This document shows, piece after piece, positions 10,309 to 20,403 of a stretch of 64,000 nucleotides of DNA. The notes beneath the pieces were generated by a model that worked only from the letters and a program-made list of their open reading frames with translations, did not search any database and was not told where the DNA came from. Position 1 is the stretch's first letter; every line of letters begins with the position of its first letter. The position numbers were made by a program, and so were the translations under genes. This DNA comes from Klebsiella phage vB_KM5a1-KLB31: sequence record PP582757.1; one strand, written 5' to 3'.

Positions 10309-12061
10309 TTCCGAATCACAGAGCTTCCGTCGTAAGAAGCTCATTGAAGATATGGCGCCTCAACGTCGTGCTGAGGCCCTGGCGTCTTCTCAAAATGAAG
10401 AGCTAAGTAACATTGCCGATCAGATGAAAGACGCCCAGGCGGCGTCTGAGATGACTGCAGAGGCTATTGAGAACAAAGGCAACCAGATTATAGGTTCTTT
10501 GAATAATCTGGATAAAAGCATTAAAGACGTAGTCGCCGGTACGGAAATAACGTCCGAAGCAGTAGAACGTGTAGCCGTTAATACCCAAGCAACGACCGGA
10601 GCAGCAAGAGCAATTTCCGCAAAGATTTCTAAGCTGACCGATATGCTTGCGGAGAAATTGTCTAGTGAGGTTAAAAAATCTCCTAGCACTCAAGAAACAA
10701 CCACTTTAGCCGCTCTTCAAGAAGCTATGCCTATTCAGGTTGAACAACCTAAATTGGAAGAACTTATAGCTCAATTGATACCACAAGGTCCTATTCCAGA
10801 AGATGCCCCTTTCTTACCACCTCCGACGACTCCACAGGAAGAAACGGAAAATAAGAAAGACAAGGATAAAAAGACCGATGATGCCGGCTTTAAAATGGAT
10901 GACCTCCTTAAAATAACTAAAGGCGGTTTTAAGGCTGTTGTTTCTGTTTCTGATAAAATTGCTAGTATGCTTTTCAAATATACTGTGACGGCTTTAGCTA
11001 ATGCAGCTAAATTTGCTGCCCAGATGTTTGCATTAGTCCTTGGTATCGACATGATTCAAGTCTACTTCCAGTATTTCATGAAGCAATTTGAAGCCGGATG
11101 GAAAGACTTCAATGACAAATTCAAGGAATGGGGACCAATTCTAGAAGGCTTAATGACCTTTGCTAAAAATGCCCAGACGATGTTCAGTGAGAAAAACTGG
11201 ATTGGATTGGCTACTGCAATAGTTAAAGGAATGGTATCGCTGACAGAAAATATGGCAAATCTTTTAATGTTAGGCATCGGCAAATTAACTGCCGCCATGC
11301 TCCGTGCATTAGGTTTTAATGATGCAGCCGATAATGTTGAAGGTTCATCTTTAATGACGTATCAGCAGAAAACTGGTGCCACATTAGATGACCAGGACCA
11401 GACAACTTTGGCTAAATACCAAGACCGTAAAGATGCTGAAGCATTTGAAGCTAAAAAGGACATGGACAAACGCTTTAAAGGTAAAGACAAAGGACTTGCC
11501 GTAGCCGAGCAATACGGAACTGTTTCAAAAGAAACAGCCGAAGAAATTCGTTCAGGTGGAATCGATTCTACATTCCGTGATATGCCAGAAGAGCAACGTC
11601 TCGACATAATCAAAAAGCGTAATAATGCCCAGGCTGATATTATTCGTCTGACTAAAACGGCCGAAGATATTATGAAGCCTGATGCAGTCGATAAGAAAAA
11701 TGCTAAAGAGTCTTATGATGATATTCAAAAACAACTTAATGACCCTGCATTAAAGGCCGCTCCTAAAGATTTAAATATGGAACAGCTTATCGATAAAATG
11801 AACAAATCACTTGAGAAATTTAATGACCAACCGGCATTAAAACCTCAGCCGATAGAACAACGTGAAGAAACCCAACAGGCTAAACGCGTTGATGAAGGTT
11901 TGAAAGCTAAAGCTTCTTCAGTAAATACTCCGGCTGGTACAGGTTTACAAAATCTGGTCCAGCAAGTGAACGTTCAGAAAAATAGTAAAACCCAGTACAA
12001 CGTGCCACCACAATCAGCTACACCTGCTCCTGGTATGCACGGTGCTACTCGAGTTAATTAA
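10295..12061 (+). CDS. 29: baseplate hub / tail tube tape-measure protein gp29
   Basis: 588 aa against about 590 in T4 gp29. Ala/Gln-rich, with coiled-coil-like N- and C-terminal regions. Synteny. Confidence 0.85.
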   Translation: MKKNNSESQSFRRKKLIEDMAPQRRAEALASSQNEELSNIADQMKDAQAASEMTAEAIENKGNQIIGSLNNLDKSIKDVVAGTEITSEAVERVAVNTQATTGAARAISAKISKLTDMLAEKLSSEVKKSPSTQETTTLAALQEAMPIQVEQPKLEELIAQLIPQGPIPEDAPFLPPPTTPQEETENKKDKDKKTDDAGFKMDDLLKITKGGFKAVVSVSDKIASMLFKYTVTALANAAKFAAQMFALVLGIDMIQVYFQYFMKQFEAGWKDFNDKFKEWGPILEGLMTFAKNAQTMFSEKNWIGLATAIVKGMVSLTENMANLLMLGIGKLTAAMLRALGFNDAADNVEGSSLMTYQQKTGATLDDQDQTTLAKYQDRKDAEAFEAKKDMDKRFKGKDKGLAVAEQYGTVSKETAEEIRSGGIDSTFRDMPEEQRLDIIKKRNNAQADIIRLTKTAEDIMKPDAVDKKNAKESYDDIQKQLNDPALKAAPKDLNMEQLIDKMNKSLEKFNDQPALKPQPIEQREETQQAKRVDEGLKAKASSVNTPAGTGLQNLVQQVNVQKNSKTQYNVPPQSATPAPGMHGATRVN

Positions 12062-12069
12062 GGAATAAC

Positions 12070-13137
12070 ATGCAGATTAAAGAACTAACTGGTGAAGATG
12101 TTTGGAATACATGGAAAGGCGGAGAATCGGTCTCCGCTGGCCAATCCAAAATGAAAAGCACCCAGAAAACAATTAGCGCTCAATACCCAGCCGAACGTGC
12201 TGCCGGTAATGATAACACTCTGGACCTGCGTGTTAACGATCTTTATAAGAATGGGCTGTTATTTACAGCCTATGACTATTCTGCTCGAACTACGCCAGAT
12301 ATGCGTTCATTACGTGAGCAGTTCCAAAAAGGTGTATTAAAAGGTGGTTTTAACCCACTTAAGAAATTTATTGCCGGTTCATATAACACAGACAATTTTG
12401 ATTCTACTCCGGTTGCGAACCTTTTACTTCCGAGGTCTAAATCTGACGTTGAATCGGTTTCCCATAAATTCAACGATGTTGGCGAATCACTTATTTCACG
12501 CGGCGGCGGTACTGCAACAGGTGTTTTAAGTAACTTGGCTTCTCATGCTGTATTCGGTGCCCTTGAATCCATGACTAATGGTGTAATGGCCGATGCTGGA
12601 GAACAAATTTATACTACGGCACGAAGCATGTACGCAGGTCCTGATAACCGTACTAAAGTATTTACTTGGGAAATGACTCCACGTAATGTACAGGACCTTA
12701 TTCAAATCATCAAAATTTATGAAGTGTTTAACTATTATTCTTATGGTGAAACAGGCAACAGTGCTATGGCTTCTGAACTTAAAGAACAAATAGACACTTG
12801 GTATAAGTCTACATTCTTTAAAAAGGAAGCTATTGATTCATTTGAAGGAACTACAGCTGGTGAAGCTATTACTAGTTTCCTTTCAAACGTAATTGTCGTA
12901 AGCAACCCGACTGTATGGTTTATTCGCAACTTTGGTCAGACAAGTTCATTTGATGGACGAGCCGACGTATTTGGCCCTTGTCAAATACAAAGTGTTCGAT
13001 TTGATAAATCTCCGGATGGTCATTTTACGGGTCTTGCCGTAGCGCCTAACTTGCCGAGTACGTTTGTTCTGGAAATTACTTTCCGTGAAATCCTGACACT
13101 GAACCGTGGCTCACTTTATTTGGGTGGTATTCAATAA
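12070..13137 (+). CDS. 48: baseplate-tail tube junction protein gp48
   Basis: 355 aa. Synteny 29-48-54. Confidence 0.8.
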   Translation: MQIKELTGEDVWNTWKGGESVSAGQSKMKSTQKTISAQYPAERAAGNDNTLDLRVNDLYKNGLLFTAYDYSARTTPDMRSLREQFQKGVLKGGFNPLKKFIAGSYNTDNFDSTPVANLLLPRSKSDVESVSHKFNDVGESLISRGGGTATGVLSNLASHAVFGALESMTNGVMADAGEQIYTTARSMYAGPDNRTKVFTWEMTPRNVQDLIQIIKIYEVFNYYSYGETGNSAMASELKEQIDTWYKSTFFKKEAIDSFEGTTAGEAITSFLSNVIVVSNPTVWFIRNFGQTSSFDGRADVFGPCQIQSVRFDKSPDGHFTGLAVAPNLPSTFVLEITFREILTLNRGSLYLGGIQ

Positions 13138-14099
13138 TGTTTACATTACAGGAATTTCAAAACCAAGCGGCGAATATAGACTTTCAGCGTAATAACTTAT
13201 TCAGTGTGGTCTTTGCGACCACACCTTCTTCTAAATCTCAGGCATTACTTGACCAGTTTGGTGGAGCATTATTTAACAATTTGCCATTAGACACCGACTG
13301 GTTCGGTATTACTCAAGGTGAAGTGACTCAAGGTATTACTACACTGATTACGGCGGGTACACAACAGCTTATTCGTAAATCAGGTGTAAGTAAATATTTG
13401 ATTGGGGCAATGAGCAACCGTGTTGTTCAAAGTTTATTAGGCGAGTTTGAAGTCGGGACTTATTTGATTGACTTCTTCAATATGGCTTATCCTACTGCCG
13501 GATTATTAGTTCATACGGTTAAAGTTCCTGACAACCAATTGAACTATGAAATGGACTTGAACCATAACGCCCCGAACATTAAAATAACAGGTCGTGAATA
13601 CGCTCCGTTTATTTTAAGTTTCCGTATGGATTCAGAAGCGGCAAACTATCGTGCATTCAATGATTGGGTTAACGCAGTCCAAGACCCAGTGACAGGTCTT
13701 CGTGCTTTACCTGAAGACGTCGAAGCCGATATCCAAGTTAACTTACACGCACGTAATGGTTTACCACATACCGTAGTAATGATGCAAGGATGTGTCCCTG
13801 TGGGCGTCAGCGCGCCCGAGCTCAGTTATGATGGTGATAATCAGATTGCTACGTTCGATGTGACCTTCGCATACAGAGTGATGTCTACCGGCGCCGTAGG
13901 TGAACAAGCAGCATACGACTGGTTAGAAGATAAAGCTATCAACGTCATCAACAAAATAAATCCTATGCAATCACTTTCACAAGAAGTTGCAAGATTAAGT
14001 CGTTTGTCGGGTGCTCAGAGTGGAATGAGAAACTTACTGAATGGATTTGGCAGTGGTGGCTTGACAGGGGTTGTATCTGGCGGTGGCAGGATATTATAA
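13137..14099 (+). CDS. 54: baseplate tail tube initiator gp54
   Basis: 320 aa, same as T4 gp54. ATG overlaps the gp48 stop (TAATG). Confidence 0.85.
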   Translation: MFTLQEFQNQAANIDFQRNNLFSVVFATTPSSKSQALLDQFGGALFNNLPLDTDWFGITQGEVTQGITTLITAGTQQLIRKSGVSKYLIGAMSNRVVQSLLGEFEVGTYLIDFFNMAYPTAGLLVHTVKVPDNQLNYEMDLNHNAPNIKITGREYAPFILSFRMDSEAANYRAFNDWVNAVQDPVTGLRALPEDVEADIQVNLHARNGLPHTVVMMQGCVPVGVSAPELSYDGDNQIATFDVTFAYRVMSTGAVGEQAAYDWLEDKAINVINKINPMQSLSQEVARLSRLSGAQSGMRNLLNGFGSGGLTGVVSGGGRIL

Positions 14100-14101
14100 C
14101 G

Positions 14102-14136
14102 AAAAAAGGGAGAGCGTTTGCTCTCCCTTAGGGGTT
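14102..14136. terminator. bidirectional intrinsic terminator GGGAGAGC-GTTT-GCTCTCCC between gene 54 (+) and alt.-1 (-)
   Basis: Perfect 8-bp GC stem flanked by an A-run and T-rich sequence, sited between convergent genes. Confidence 0.7.
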
Positions 14137-14465
14137 TATTTACGGAAGCCTAAGAATGCAGGCACAACCATATCTGCATCAGGCAATTCAGCTTCTGATT
14201 CAAATTCTTCCATCGGTTTGGCATTGAAGAAAACAGAAATATTAACAGGCGCTTCACTTTCGAATTGACCTGTGATAATACCAGTAAAGATATTATCAGT
14301 CTGCGCTTCATTAATGAAGTTTGCTGCTGGTCTGATGTTGAACTGAGCTTTTTCACCAAACACCTTACGAAGTTCAGTAATCAGCATTTCGTTAAAAGCT
14401 GGTTCCACGATACGAACGTTGTCCATGGAAGTTTCAGTGCCGTTAAAACGAATGAATGAACGCAT
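14136..14465 (-). CDS. hypothetical protein (alt.-1 position)
   Basis: 109-aa ORF downstream of alt on the same strand. Preceded by an early promoter cassette. Confidence 0.45.
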   Translation of the reverse strand: MRSFIRFNGTETSMDNVRIVEPAFNEMLITELRKVFGEKAQFNIRPAANFINEAQTDNIFTGIITGQFESEAPVNISVFFNAKPMEEFESEAELPDADMVVPAFLGFRK

Positions 14466-14469
14466 TTTG

Positions 14470-14527
14470 ATATCCTCACTTGTGATTGAGATTACATCAT
14501 AACACGTTCATTCGGCGTTGTAAACTA
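14470..14527 (-). promoter_or_regulatory. early promoter cassette (GTTTAC -35 / TATGAT -10), minus orientation
   Basis: Reverse complement reads AGTTTACAACGCCGAATGAACGTGT TATGAT, about 35 nt before the alt.-1 ATG. Confidence 0.5.
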
Positions 14528-16630
14528 CCCTTCAATAAACTTAGGTGGAGTGTCATCTGGGTCAATAAAGGACGCTAATAGACCAAGTGCTTCGCGTTTA
14601 GCTGCGGCATCATAACCAGAAGAACTAAATGAAGCAAAGCTTACAGGAGCATCCGAATCATCAGTACTGTCCATTGTTACCAGTTCACCACTTTCTAGAA
14701 GAGCATCGCCATCATAGACTACCATGGATTCGTTCAGAGCATCAGAAGTCATGACTTCCGCCTGGATGAATTTCTGGTTATTGTATTCCATGCCATCATT
14801 ATAAGAAGCATCAGTGATTTTGTTAATCTGGACCATAGTACCACGCGGGAGAATGATTTCCATTTCACCGCCCATATTACTGATATCGCCAGGATAAACA
14901 ACGTTAATCTTCTCTGCACCACTAATAGCCCAACCTACCATCATACGAACAACTTCTTCGCCTTTCAACTCGACAACATCAGCCATGATAGATGGGACAA
15001 TAGCTTCTTCGTCATTCTTATCAATGTTAAGAACATTACGAGTATTATCTGACGCCATACCAACGCCAAGATTACCTTTCCAACCACCAAAGATAATAGG
15101 CATCAAAGAAGTTGAAACAAAGTTCCTGAAATAGAATACACGGTTTTTAACCATTGCTTCGTAAATAGGCTTACGAATCGACTGTGCACGCCATAAGGTA
15201 AGACCTTCAGGAATACGATCACCTTTCTTAAATGCATCATCAAGGTTTTTAATAGCAGTGGTTACTTCTTTTTCATTTAATGTATCTTGAGTAGCATCAG
15301 AGAAACGACCTAAGAGCATGTTATTGATGTCATGATAACCAGAGCCGCAATATTCTTTAATACCACGTTTTTCAGCCGGAGTATATTGCTTAGGCGTACG
15401 CATCAAAGTAACTTGATGAATTGTGGATGATACGTTTTTAGCATAACCTTGAAGTAAGTTCTTAATGAAGTTAGTTCTCTTCATGTTCCACAGTTTAGTA
15501 ACTTGGGCTTCTTTTTCTTCTTGAGAACCGAACCAACCACCGTCTTTATATTGCTTATCAAAGAAAGTGACTTTGTGTTCTTCTAGCTTATCAAGAGCAG
15601 TTTGTATAAATGCCTGCATACTTTCTACAGAAGTCAGGTTATTATTGCCAATACGATTTTCAAGTTCTTTGGCAATAGCACCTTCAAGTTTCTCCATCTT
15701 AGCAGGAGAAATTTTTACCATATCTGAAATACGCCATGATATGCCGGAAGCAGCTAAAGCCGCAGACTGATTTCGAGAAGCTTTAGATGTAATGCTAGTT
15801 AAGATTTCACCTGCTTCAGGAATAATTTCCGCTGTAGCCGGTTTACTGAATTCAGCCGCACTTTCTTCATATTCTTCGAATTTAGCCGGGTTATGAATGA
15901 TATCAGAAGTCAATGACTGGCTTGCTGCAATCTGACGACGAGAAATCTTAGTACGAGAAATAACAGAACGGTCTGAACGTTTTTCTTCTACGGCTGCAAT
16001 AGAACCAGCAATAGCAGTTTCTTTAGTTACCTGTTGTCCGTCTTTTTTGTTTACATAAACTTCGCCGACTTCAGAATCAACTTTGGTATAGATGTCCGGG
16101 TTAATTCCAGGCATGCCATTGATATCTTCAATCTGAGCATTCTTACGAACAACCAGAATGTAAGTATGTTTGCCAGTGAAATTATACAGAGCAGGAACAA
16201 CTTTAAACTTACCACCAGTTTTCTGCATAACCAGACGTTGAATAACACGTTGGACCACAGGACCTTGGCCTTTCATTTTCTTAGTAGGGAAGCGGAACAT
16301 TACTGCATCCATACGGAATTTCTTGACCTGTGCATAGACAGTTTCAAAGATGGTATTAATTGAGTCGATAGGGCTCACACCTAACCCACCTTTCAATTCT
16401 GCCGGAGTACCCTTAGCAGATAATGACATCAGGATAACGTGGGCATATTTATCGCCGGCCTTAACCTGTTTAATTGCATCACCTTCAGACGTATATGAAA
16501 CCATACGAGCGACGAGATTGCTTTCATCATTACCAATCTTCCAGATTTGCGGCACTTTTAATTTTGGATTCAAGTTCACGACAGCCAGTGTGCCTTCGCT
16601 GTCAAAAACTTCATTCAATTGTTCAGACAT
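14525..16630 (-). CDS. alt: Alt NAD-protein ADP-ribosyltransferase (virion-packaged)
   Basis: 701 aa. Long blocks match T4 Alt as I recall it (KISRR.IA.SQSL, YTPA.KRGI.EY.GSGY.DINN.LLG, NRVFYFRNFVSTSL, ILPRG.MV.NKITDASYNDG, LIQAEVMT). Confidence 0.88.
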   Translation of the reverse strand: MSEQLNEVFDSEGTLAVVNLNPKLKVPQIWKIGNDESNLVARMVSYTSEGDAIKQVKAGDKYAHVILMSLSAKGTPAELKGGLGVSPIDSINTIFETVYAQVKKFRMDAVMFRFPTKKMKGQGPVVQRVIQRLVMQKTGGKFKVVPALYNFTGKHTYILVVRKNAQIEDINGMPGINPDIYTKVDSEVGEVYVNKKDGQQVTKETAIAGSIAAVEEKRSDRSVISRTKISRRQIAASQSLTSDIIHNPAKFEEYEESAAEFSKPATAEIIPEAGEILTSITSKASRNQSAALAASGISWRISDMVKISPAKMEKLEGAIAKELENRIGNNNLTSVESMQAFIQTALDKLEEHKVTFFDKQYKDGGWFGSQEEKEAQVTKLWNMKRTNFIKNLLQGYAKNVSSTIHQVTLMRTPKQYTPAEKRGIKEYCGSGYHDINNMLLGRFSDATQDTLNEKEVTTAIKNLDDAFKKGDRIPEGLTLWRAQSIRKPIYEAMVKNRVFYFRNFVSTSLMPIIFGGWKGNLGVGMASDNTRNVLNIDKNDEEAIVPSIMADVVELKGEEVVRMMVGWAISGAEKINVVYPGDISNMGGEMEIILPRGTMVQINKITDASYNDGMEYNNQKFIQAEVMTSDALNESMVVYDGDALLESGELVTMDSTDDSDAPVSFASFSSSGYDAAAKREALGLLASFIDPDDTPPKFIEG

Positions 16631-16669
16631 AATAGTTCCTCTTATAGTTGTCTGTATTTATGCCCAAAA

Positions 16670-16685
16670 GGAGCCCGAAGGCTCC
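16670..16685 (-). terminator. GGAGCCCGAAGGCTCC hairpin plus T-run (minus) upstream of alt
   Basis: 8-bp stem with a CGAA loop. On the minus strand it is followed by TTTTGGG and then CATAAATA, a 7/8 late-promoter match in front of alt. Confidence 0.5.
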
Positions 16686-16688
16686 TTG

Positions 16689-16892
16689 TTACCAAAGTGG
16701 TAATAATGTACGATACACTTCAAAGCCTGGAGCTTTTTCATGAGCATCGAATGATGCATTAAAATTGTCCCATTGGGACCAATCTTCGAACTCGAGAATA
16801 ATCTGAGAACAAGAAGTAGAGATATCTCCACCTTCTTTACGAGCAATTACAACTGTTTCAAGATATGCTTTCATAGTCCTGTCTGGTCCCAT
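16689..16892 (-). CDS. hypothetical small protein
   Basis: 67-aa ORF between ligase and alt. Start overlaps the ligase stop region. Confidence 0.3.
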   Translation of the reverse strand: MGPDRTMKAYLETVVIARKEGGDISTSCSQIILEFEDWSQWDNFNASFDAHEKAPGFEVYRTLLPLW

Positions 16893-18391
16893 GAACCAAA
16901 TACATCTTCAAATGTATCTGCACTTGTTTTATCAAAACGGAAGCCTTTAATGATCGGTAAGAAAATACCAACAGTACCATCTTTACGACCTTTAGAGTGC
17001 ACCCAACCATTACATTCACAATCTGCAATACGGCCAACCAATTCGCCTGATAAAGCTAACGTCATCAGAAGTTCACGGTCCATTTCATCGCGTTCATCGA
17101 TTGGAATATCAACCCATTGGCCTTTAATCTTCTTACGAGTTGTATCAGTGAAACCTGAACCACAATCGGAAGTAATCTTACCACACAGAGATTTAATCTC
17201 TACGCCACCAAGTTTATTTGGGTCTTTAGAGTGTGGATAGAAACCGACGATTTCCATTGCAATATCGATAACTTCTTTGAACTTGATAAGGTTCTTAGAA
17301 CGTTTGTTTTCCCAGAAGGAACCAATGTTCTTCAGAATAATACCTTCAAGCTTCATATCGACATATTTCTTATAGACTTCACGAGCTTCTTTAAGGTTAT
17401 GAACGATTTGGTTCTCAATCAGAATTACACTATCAAAGCCATGCAATACTACAGCTTCTGAAATCATAATTTCTAGAGCACGGAAACGAACATCATATGC
17501 GAAGCCAGGCTTTTCACCTTCAGAATAAACCACATCGAGTGGAACGTAATCCCATGCCTGCAATTTCATTCCAGATGCTTCGACCTGAGAGATTGTGCCT
17601 TTAAGAGATTTGTTCGCTAATCCATTTGAGGTGCTACGATCTACGTTCTGGAATTCAGCAGCTTTACTCAGTTCAGGCATTTCTTCTTCAAACATGCCGA
17701 ATAGGTCATTATCAGCCTTTGGTTCAACCTTAGGAGCATGATAAACCAGCTCACCGTCAATCATTACACCGGATGGGTGACGTTTACGGGCATCTTCAGT
17801 CATAATCATCAGCTCTTTTGCAAGCTTATGAAGACCTTGATATTCGTTACCTGCACGAGAGAAGAATTTAACACCATCATCGGTTACTTCAGCAAAACAA
17901 CGAGCACCATCGGCTTTTAACTGAGCGAATGCAGGCCATTTGATATGTTTTTCAATCAGCTTTTCATCATAGCTCGAAGCCAACATCTGAGGCTGTTCTG
18001 GAATACAGTTCTTCCAGATTTTATTTGCAATAGTCGGACCTGTACCACATTCAAGGTCACGCATCATTACACGACGTAATACTTCTTCTTCACCTTTCTG
18101 TGAGAACATTACATCATGAATAAGCATACCTACTTGGCGAATAGCTTCATGCCCGGTATAAACACGGGTTGCTAATTTCTGTTCAAAGAAATCCAGGCCT
18201 TCATCGAGTGTACGTGTTCCACGAGACTCAATTACTTCAGGCCATTTTTTGATGCCATAGTTGAAACGTTTAGAATAAGCCATAATGAACACACGTTTCA
18301 GAAGGTCATTACCTTTCTCACGTTCCATGATAGCTTTCTTTTCGTTAATAGAATCAGTCGCAGCCAATTCATTCAGGATATTAATAATCAT
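16871..18391 (-). CDS. 30: ATP-dependent DNA ligase gp30
   Basis: Similar to T4 DNA ligase along the full length as I recall it (LKRV, VLRRVMMRDLECG, IPEQPQMLASSYDEK, FAQLKADGARCFAEV with the motif I lysine, IDGELVYH, EGIILKN, CECNGW, TFEDVFG). 506 aa. Confidence 0.92.
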   Translation of the reverse strand: MIINILNELAATDSINEKKAIMEREKGNDLLKRVFIMAYSKRFNYGIKKWPEVIESRGTRTLDEGLDFFEQKLATRVYTGHEAIRQVGMLIHDVMFSQKGEEEVLRRVMMRDLECGTGPTIANKIWKNCIPEQPQMLASSYDEKLIEKHIKWPAFAQLKADGARCFAEVTDDGVKFFSRAGNEYQGLHKLAKELMIMTEDARKRHPSGVMIDGELVYHAPKVEPKADNDLFGMFEEEMPELSKAAEFQNVDRSTSNGLANKSLKGTISQVEASGMKLQAWDYVPLDVVYSEGEKPGFAYDVRFRALEIMISEAVVLHGFDSVILIENQIVHNLKEAREVYKKYVDMKLEGIILKNIGSFWENKRSKNLIKFKEVIDIAMEIVGFYPHSKDPNKLGGVEIKSLCGKITSDCGSGFTDTTRKKIKGQWVDIPIDERDEMDRELLMTLALSGELVGRIADCECNGWVHSKGRKDGTVGIFLPIIKGFRFDKTSADTFEDVFGSWDQTGL

Positions 18392-18399
18392 GTTATTCC

Positions 18400-18642
18400 T
18401 TAATAGCCATGTGTGTTTCTATTATACGCCACTTCAGTCAGGAGCAAATCAATCTTCTTTTGATATGTGTAATATGGCTCATGGATATGGACGTAGATAA
18501 AACCTTGAGCAATACATTCTTCAAAGACTTCTTCACCTTTTGCATCACGGAAAATAGGGTACATGCGCAAGAACTGGTTAACATGACCGAAGTCACGTGT
18601 ACGAGTAGGTTGGCCATCACGCATTAAATGCATAACAAACAT
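18400..18642 (-). CDS. hypothetical protein (30.1 position)
   Basis: 80-aa ORF directly upstream of ligase, same strand. Confidence 0.4.
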   Translation of the reverse strand: MFVMHLMRDGQPTRTRDFGHVNQFLRMYPIFRDAKGEEVFEECIAQGFIYVHIHEPYYTYQKKIDLLLTEVAYNRNTHGY

Positions 18643-19442
18643 TATTTGGTGTCCCCATAATAAGCACGAAGGTCGCTTGGTGTTACATTACGATAGCTTT
18701 CAGGCTTTGGTGCTCGTGGATTAAACGGCCAAACATACGGATAAGGAACATTAATAGGGCGAACCTCAGCCCGACGATCAATTTCTGCCTGGATGCTTGC
18801 CAAAGATTTTGCTGCTTCTTGGCGTTTCAGCTCAATCGCTACTAGATTGTCCCAATCTTTAACCTGAGTACAATCATCCGCATTACCGACGCGTTCACCA
18901 CGAACCATCCAGTAAACTGGAGTTCCAAGAATACGATGGGCTGCCTGGCAATGGTGCGGAAGGTCATCAACATAGAACTTAACACGGTTACCGTATTTCA
19001 GACGGACCTTAGTAAGAATCATTTCCTTACTTTCATTATGGGCACACATCTGGATGTCCTGGAATGCGCCAGGGAACAGAGCATTCAAATTGAATTGTCT
19101 ATTCAGACGGGCATCAATAGAATCACCAAGCGCCGTCACGGCTACAAAATCATAGACTTTCTTGAGCTTGTTAATATGACGCAGGGCATCCATATAAGGA
19201 GCCAGATAACGAATAAAGTCGGAGCAATTGTATTTGTTAATCAGTTGCTCGCCCAATGAGTCATCACAACCAAACAGTGTGCCTGGTTTAATGAACTTAT
19301 CATCCTGAATCATCTCCAGAATATGTTCAAGAGGCAGGTTATATTTCTGAGCGAAATAAGGCAGGCCTGACTGCCAAGACAACAGAACACCATCGACGTC
19401 TGTTGCAATTACTGGCCTTTCATTTTGGGTCAAAGATGTGGT
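18642..19442 (-). CDS. HAD-superfamily hydrolase (30.2-like)
   Basis: DVDGVL motif I (DxDG) about 14 aa after the internal Met MTTSLTQNERPVIATDVDGVL. The listed 309-aa ORF extends to 19571, but its 5' part overlaps another ORF (19420..19620), so the downstream ATG at about 19442 is preferred. Confidence 0.55.
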   Translation of the reverse strand, partial: TTSLTQNERPVIATDVDGVLLSWQSGLPYFAQKYNLPLEHILEMIQDDKFIKPGTLFGCDDSLGEQLINKYNCSDFIRYLAPYMDALRHINKLKKVYDFVAVTALGDSIDARLNRQFNLNALFPGAFQDIQMCAHNESKEMILTKVRLKYGNRVKFYVDDLPHHCQAAHRILGTPVYWMVRGERVGNADDCTQVKDWDNLVAIELKRQEAAKSLASIQAEIDRRAEVRPINVPYPYVWPFNPRAPKPESYRNVTPSDLRAYYGDTK

Positions 19443-19620
19443 CATATTTGGTCCAATCAATTTCAGATTCATAAGAGACAAAGGCGAATTGTTGCCCTTG
19501 TCGTACACGTTCTTTAATGAGATGCATCGTAATGCAACTGCCAGGGAATTCACGTTGGCTACTTGCGCCAATAGTTATTAATTGTCCTAGTGGAAACCCA
19601 CCATTTAAACTGCCAACCAT
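19420..19620 (-). CDS. hypothetical small protein
   Basis: 66-aa ORF overlapping the 5' extension of the HAD ORF. Uncertain. Confidence 0.3.
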   Translation of the reverse strand: MVGSLNGGFPLGQLITIGASSQREFPGSCITMHLIKERVRQGQQFAFVSYESEIDWTKYDHIFDPK

Positions 19621-19925
19621 AAATCCACCTCACTATAAACATCTTCATTACCATCAGCCCAACGAACAGCATACCAGAAATCGGGTGTGTATTTATTCGG
19701 AGGCAGAACCATAATAACCCAACCTGGGATAGTTCCTGCACCTGCTTTAGATACAGAGTCGCCGGGCATGAATTTAGGAGGATTAATCATCAGCATATTG
19801 AAGGGCTCCGGTAAAGTCGTCATCACCAATTGAACGAATATCGCAATCATCGAGAATAGCTTCGAACTGGCGACCCTGAACATCATCTTGCTGCTCCCAA
19901 GTAACCCAGGCAGCAGAGGTACCAA
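19605..19925 (-). CDS. hypothetical protein (30.x block)
   Basis: 106-aa ORF, same strand, tightly packed. Confidence 0.4.
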   Translation of the reverse strand: MVPLLPGLLGSSKMMFRVASSKLFSMIAIFVQLVMTTLPEPFNMLMINPPKFMPGDSVSKAGAGTIPGWVIMVLPPNKYTPDFWYAVRWADGNEDVYSEVDLWLAV

Positions 19926-20049
19926 ATTCAGTGATAGTCAAATCAACTGATTGAAGACGCTGGGCATGAACATTAGCCATAATAGCAATGTAACCAAGGT
20001 CTTCAGCGCGCGCCATAATGATCTTACTCATTCTTCCACCTCTACCCAA
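19783..20049 (-). CDS. hypothetical protein (30.x block)
   Basis: 88-aa ORF. Likely real start at the internal MSKIIMARAE. Confidence 0.35.
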   Translation of the reverse strand: MGRGGRMSKIIMARAEDLGYIAIMANVHAQRLQSVDLTITEFGTSAAWVTWEQQDDVQGRQFEAILDDCDIRSIGDDDFTGALQYADD

Positions 20050-20228
20050 TCAGGGAACACGAAGAAATCGGGTGCATCAACCATATAGCAGACTTTGTCG
20101 TCTTTCACTAGGCAACCCAAGACTTCGACCATTTCGTTATTCTGAAGACAACGAGCCAATTTTGATGCACGAGATTTAGATGTCATAACAACCATAATAT
20201 TTTCCTCAGATTTTAGTAGCAGAAACAA
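20028..20228 (-). CDS. hypothetical protein (30.x block)
   Basis: 66-aa ORF. Confidence 0.3.
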   Translation of the reverse strand: MFLLLKSEENIMVVMTSKSRASKLARCLQNNEMVEVLGCLVKDDKVCYMVDAPDFFVFPDWVEVEE

Positions 20229-20403
20229 GATTCAAATCAGACCAATAACCGACCGGATTAAGCGCCTCAATTTTTTCATTGATTCGCTTTTCAAGATTTT
20301 CCCAAGGCCATACGGTAATAGTTGATTCAAAAGTATCTTCAATCAGACCTTGGGAATGAGGGTGGTCAGAGACCACCTCAAATTTAAGTAAATATTTTGC
20401 CAT
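20206..20403 (-). CDS. hypothetical protein (30.x block)
   Basis: 65-aa ORF. Start overlaps the upstream stop. Confidence 0.4.
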   Translation of the reverse strand: MAKYLLKFEVVSDHPHSQGLIEDTFESTITVWPWENLEKRINEKIEALNPVGYWSDLNLVSATKI

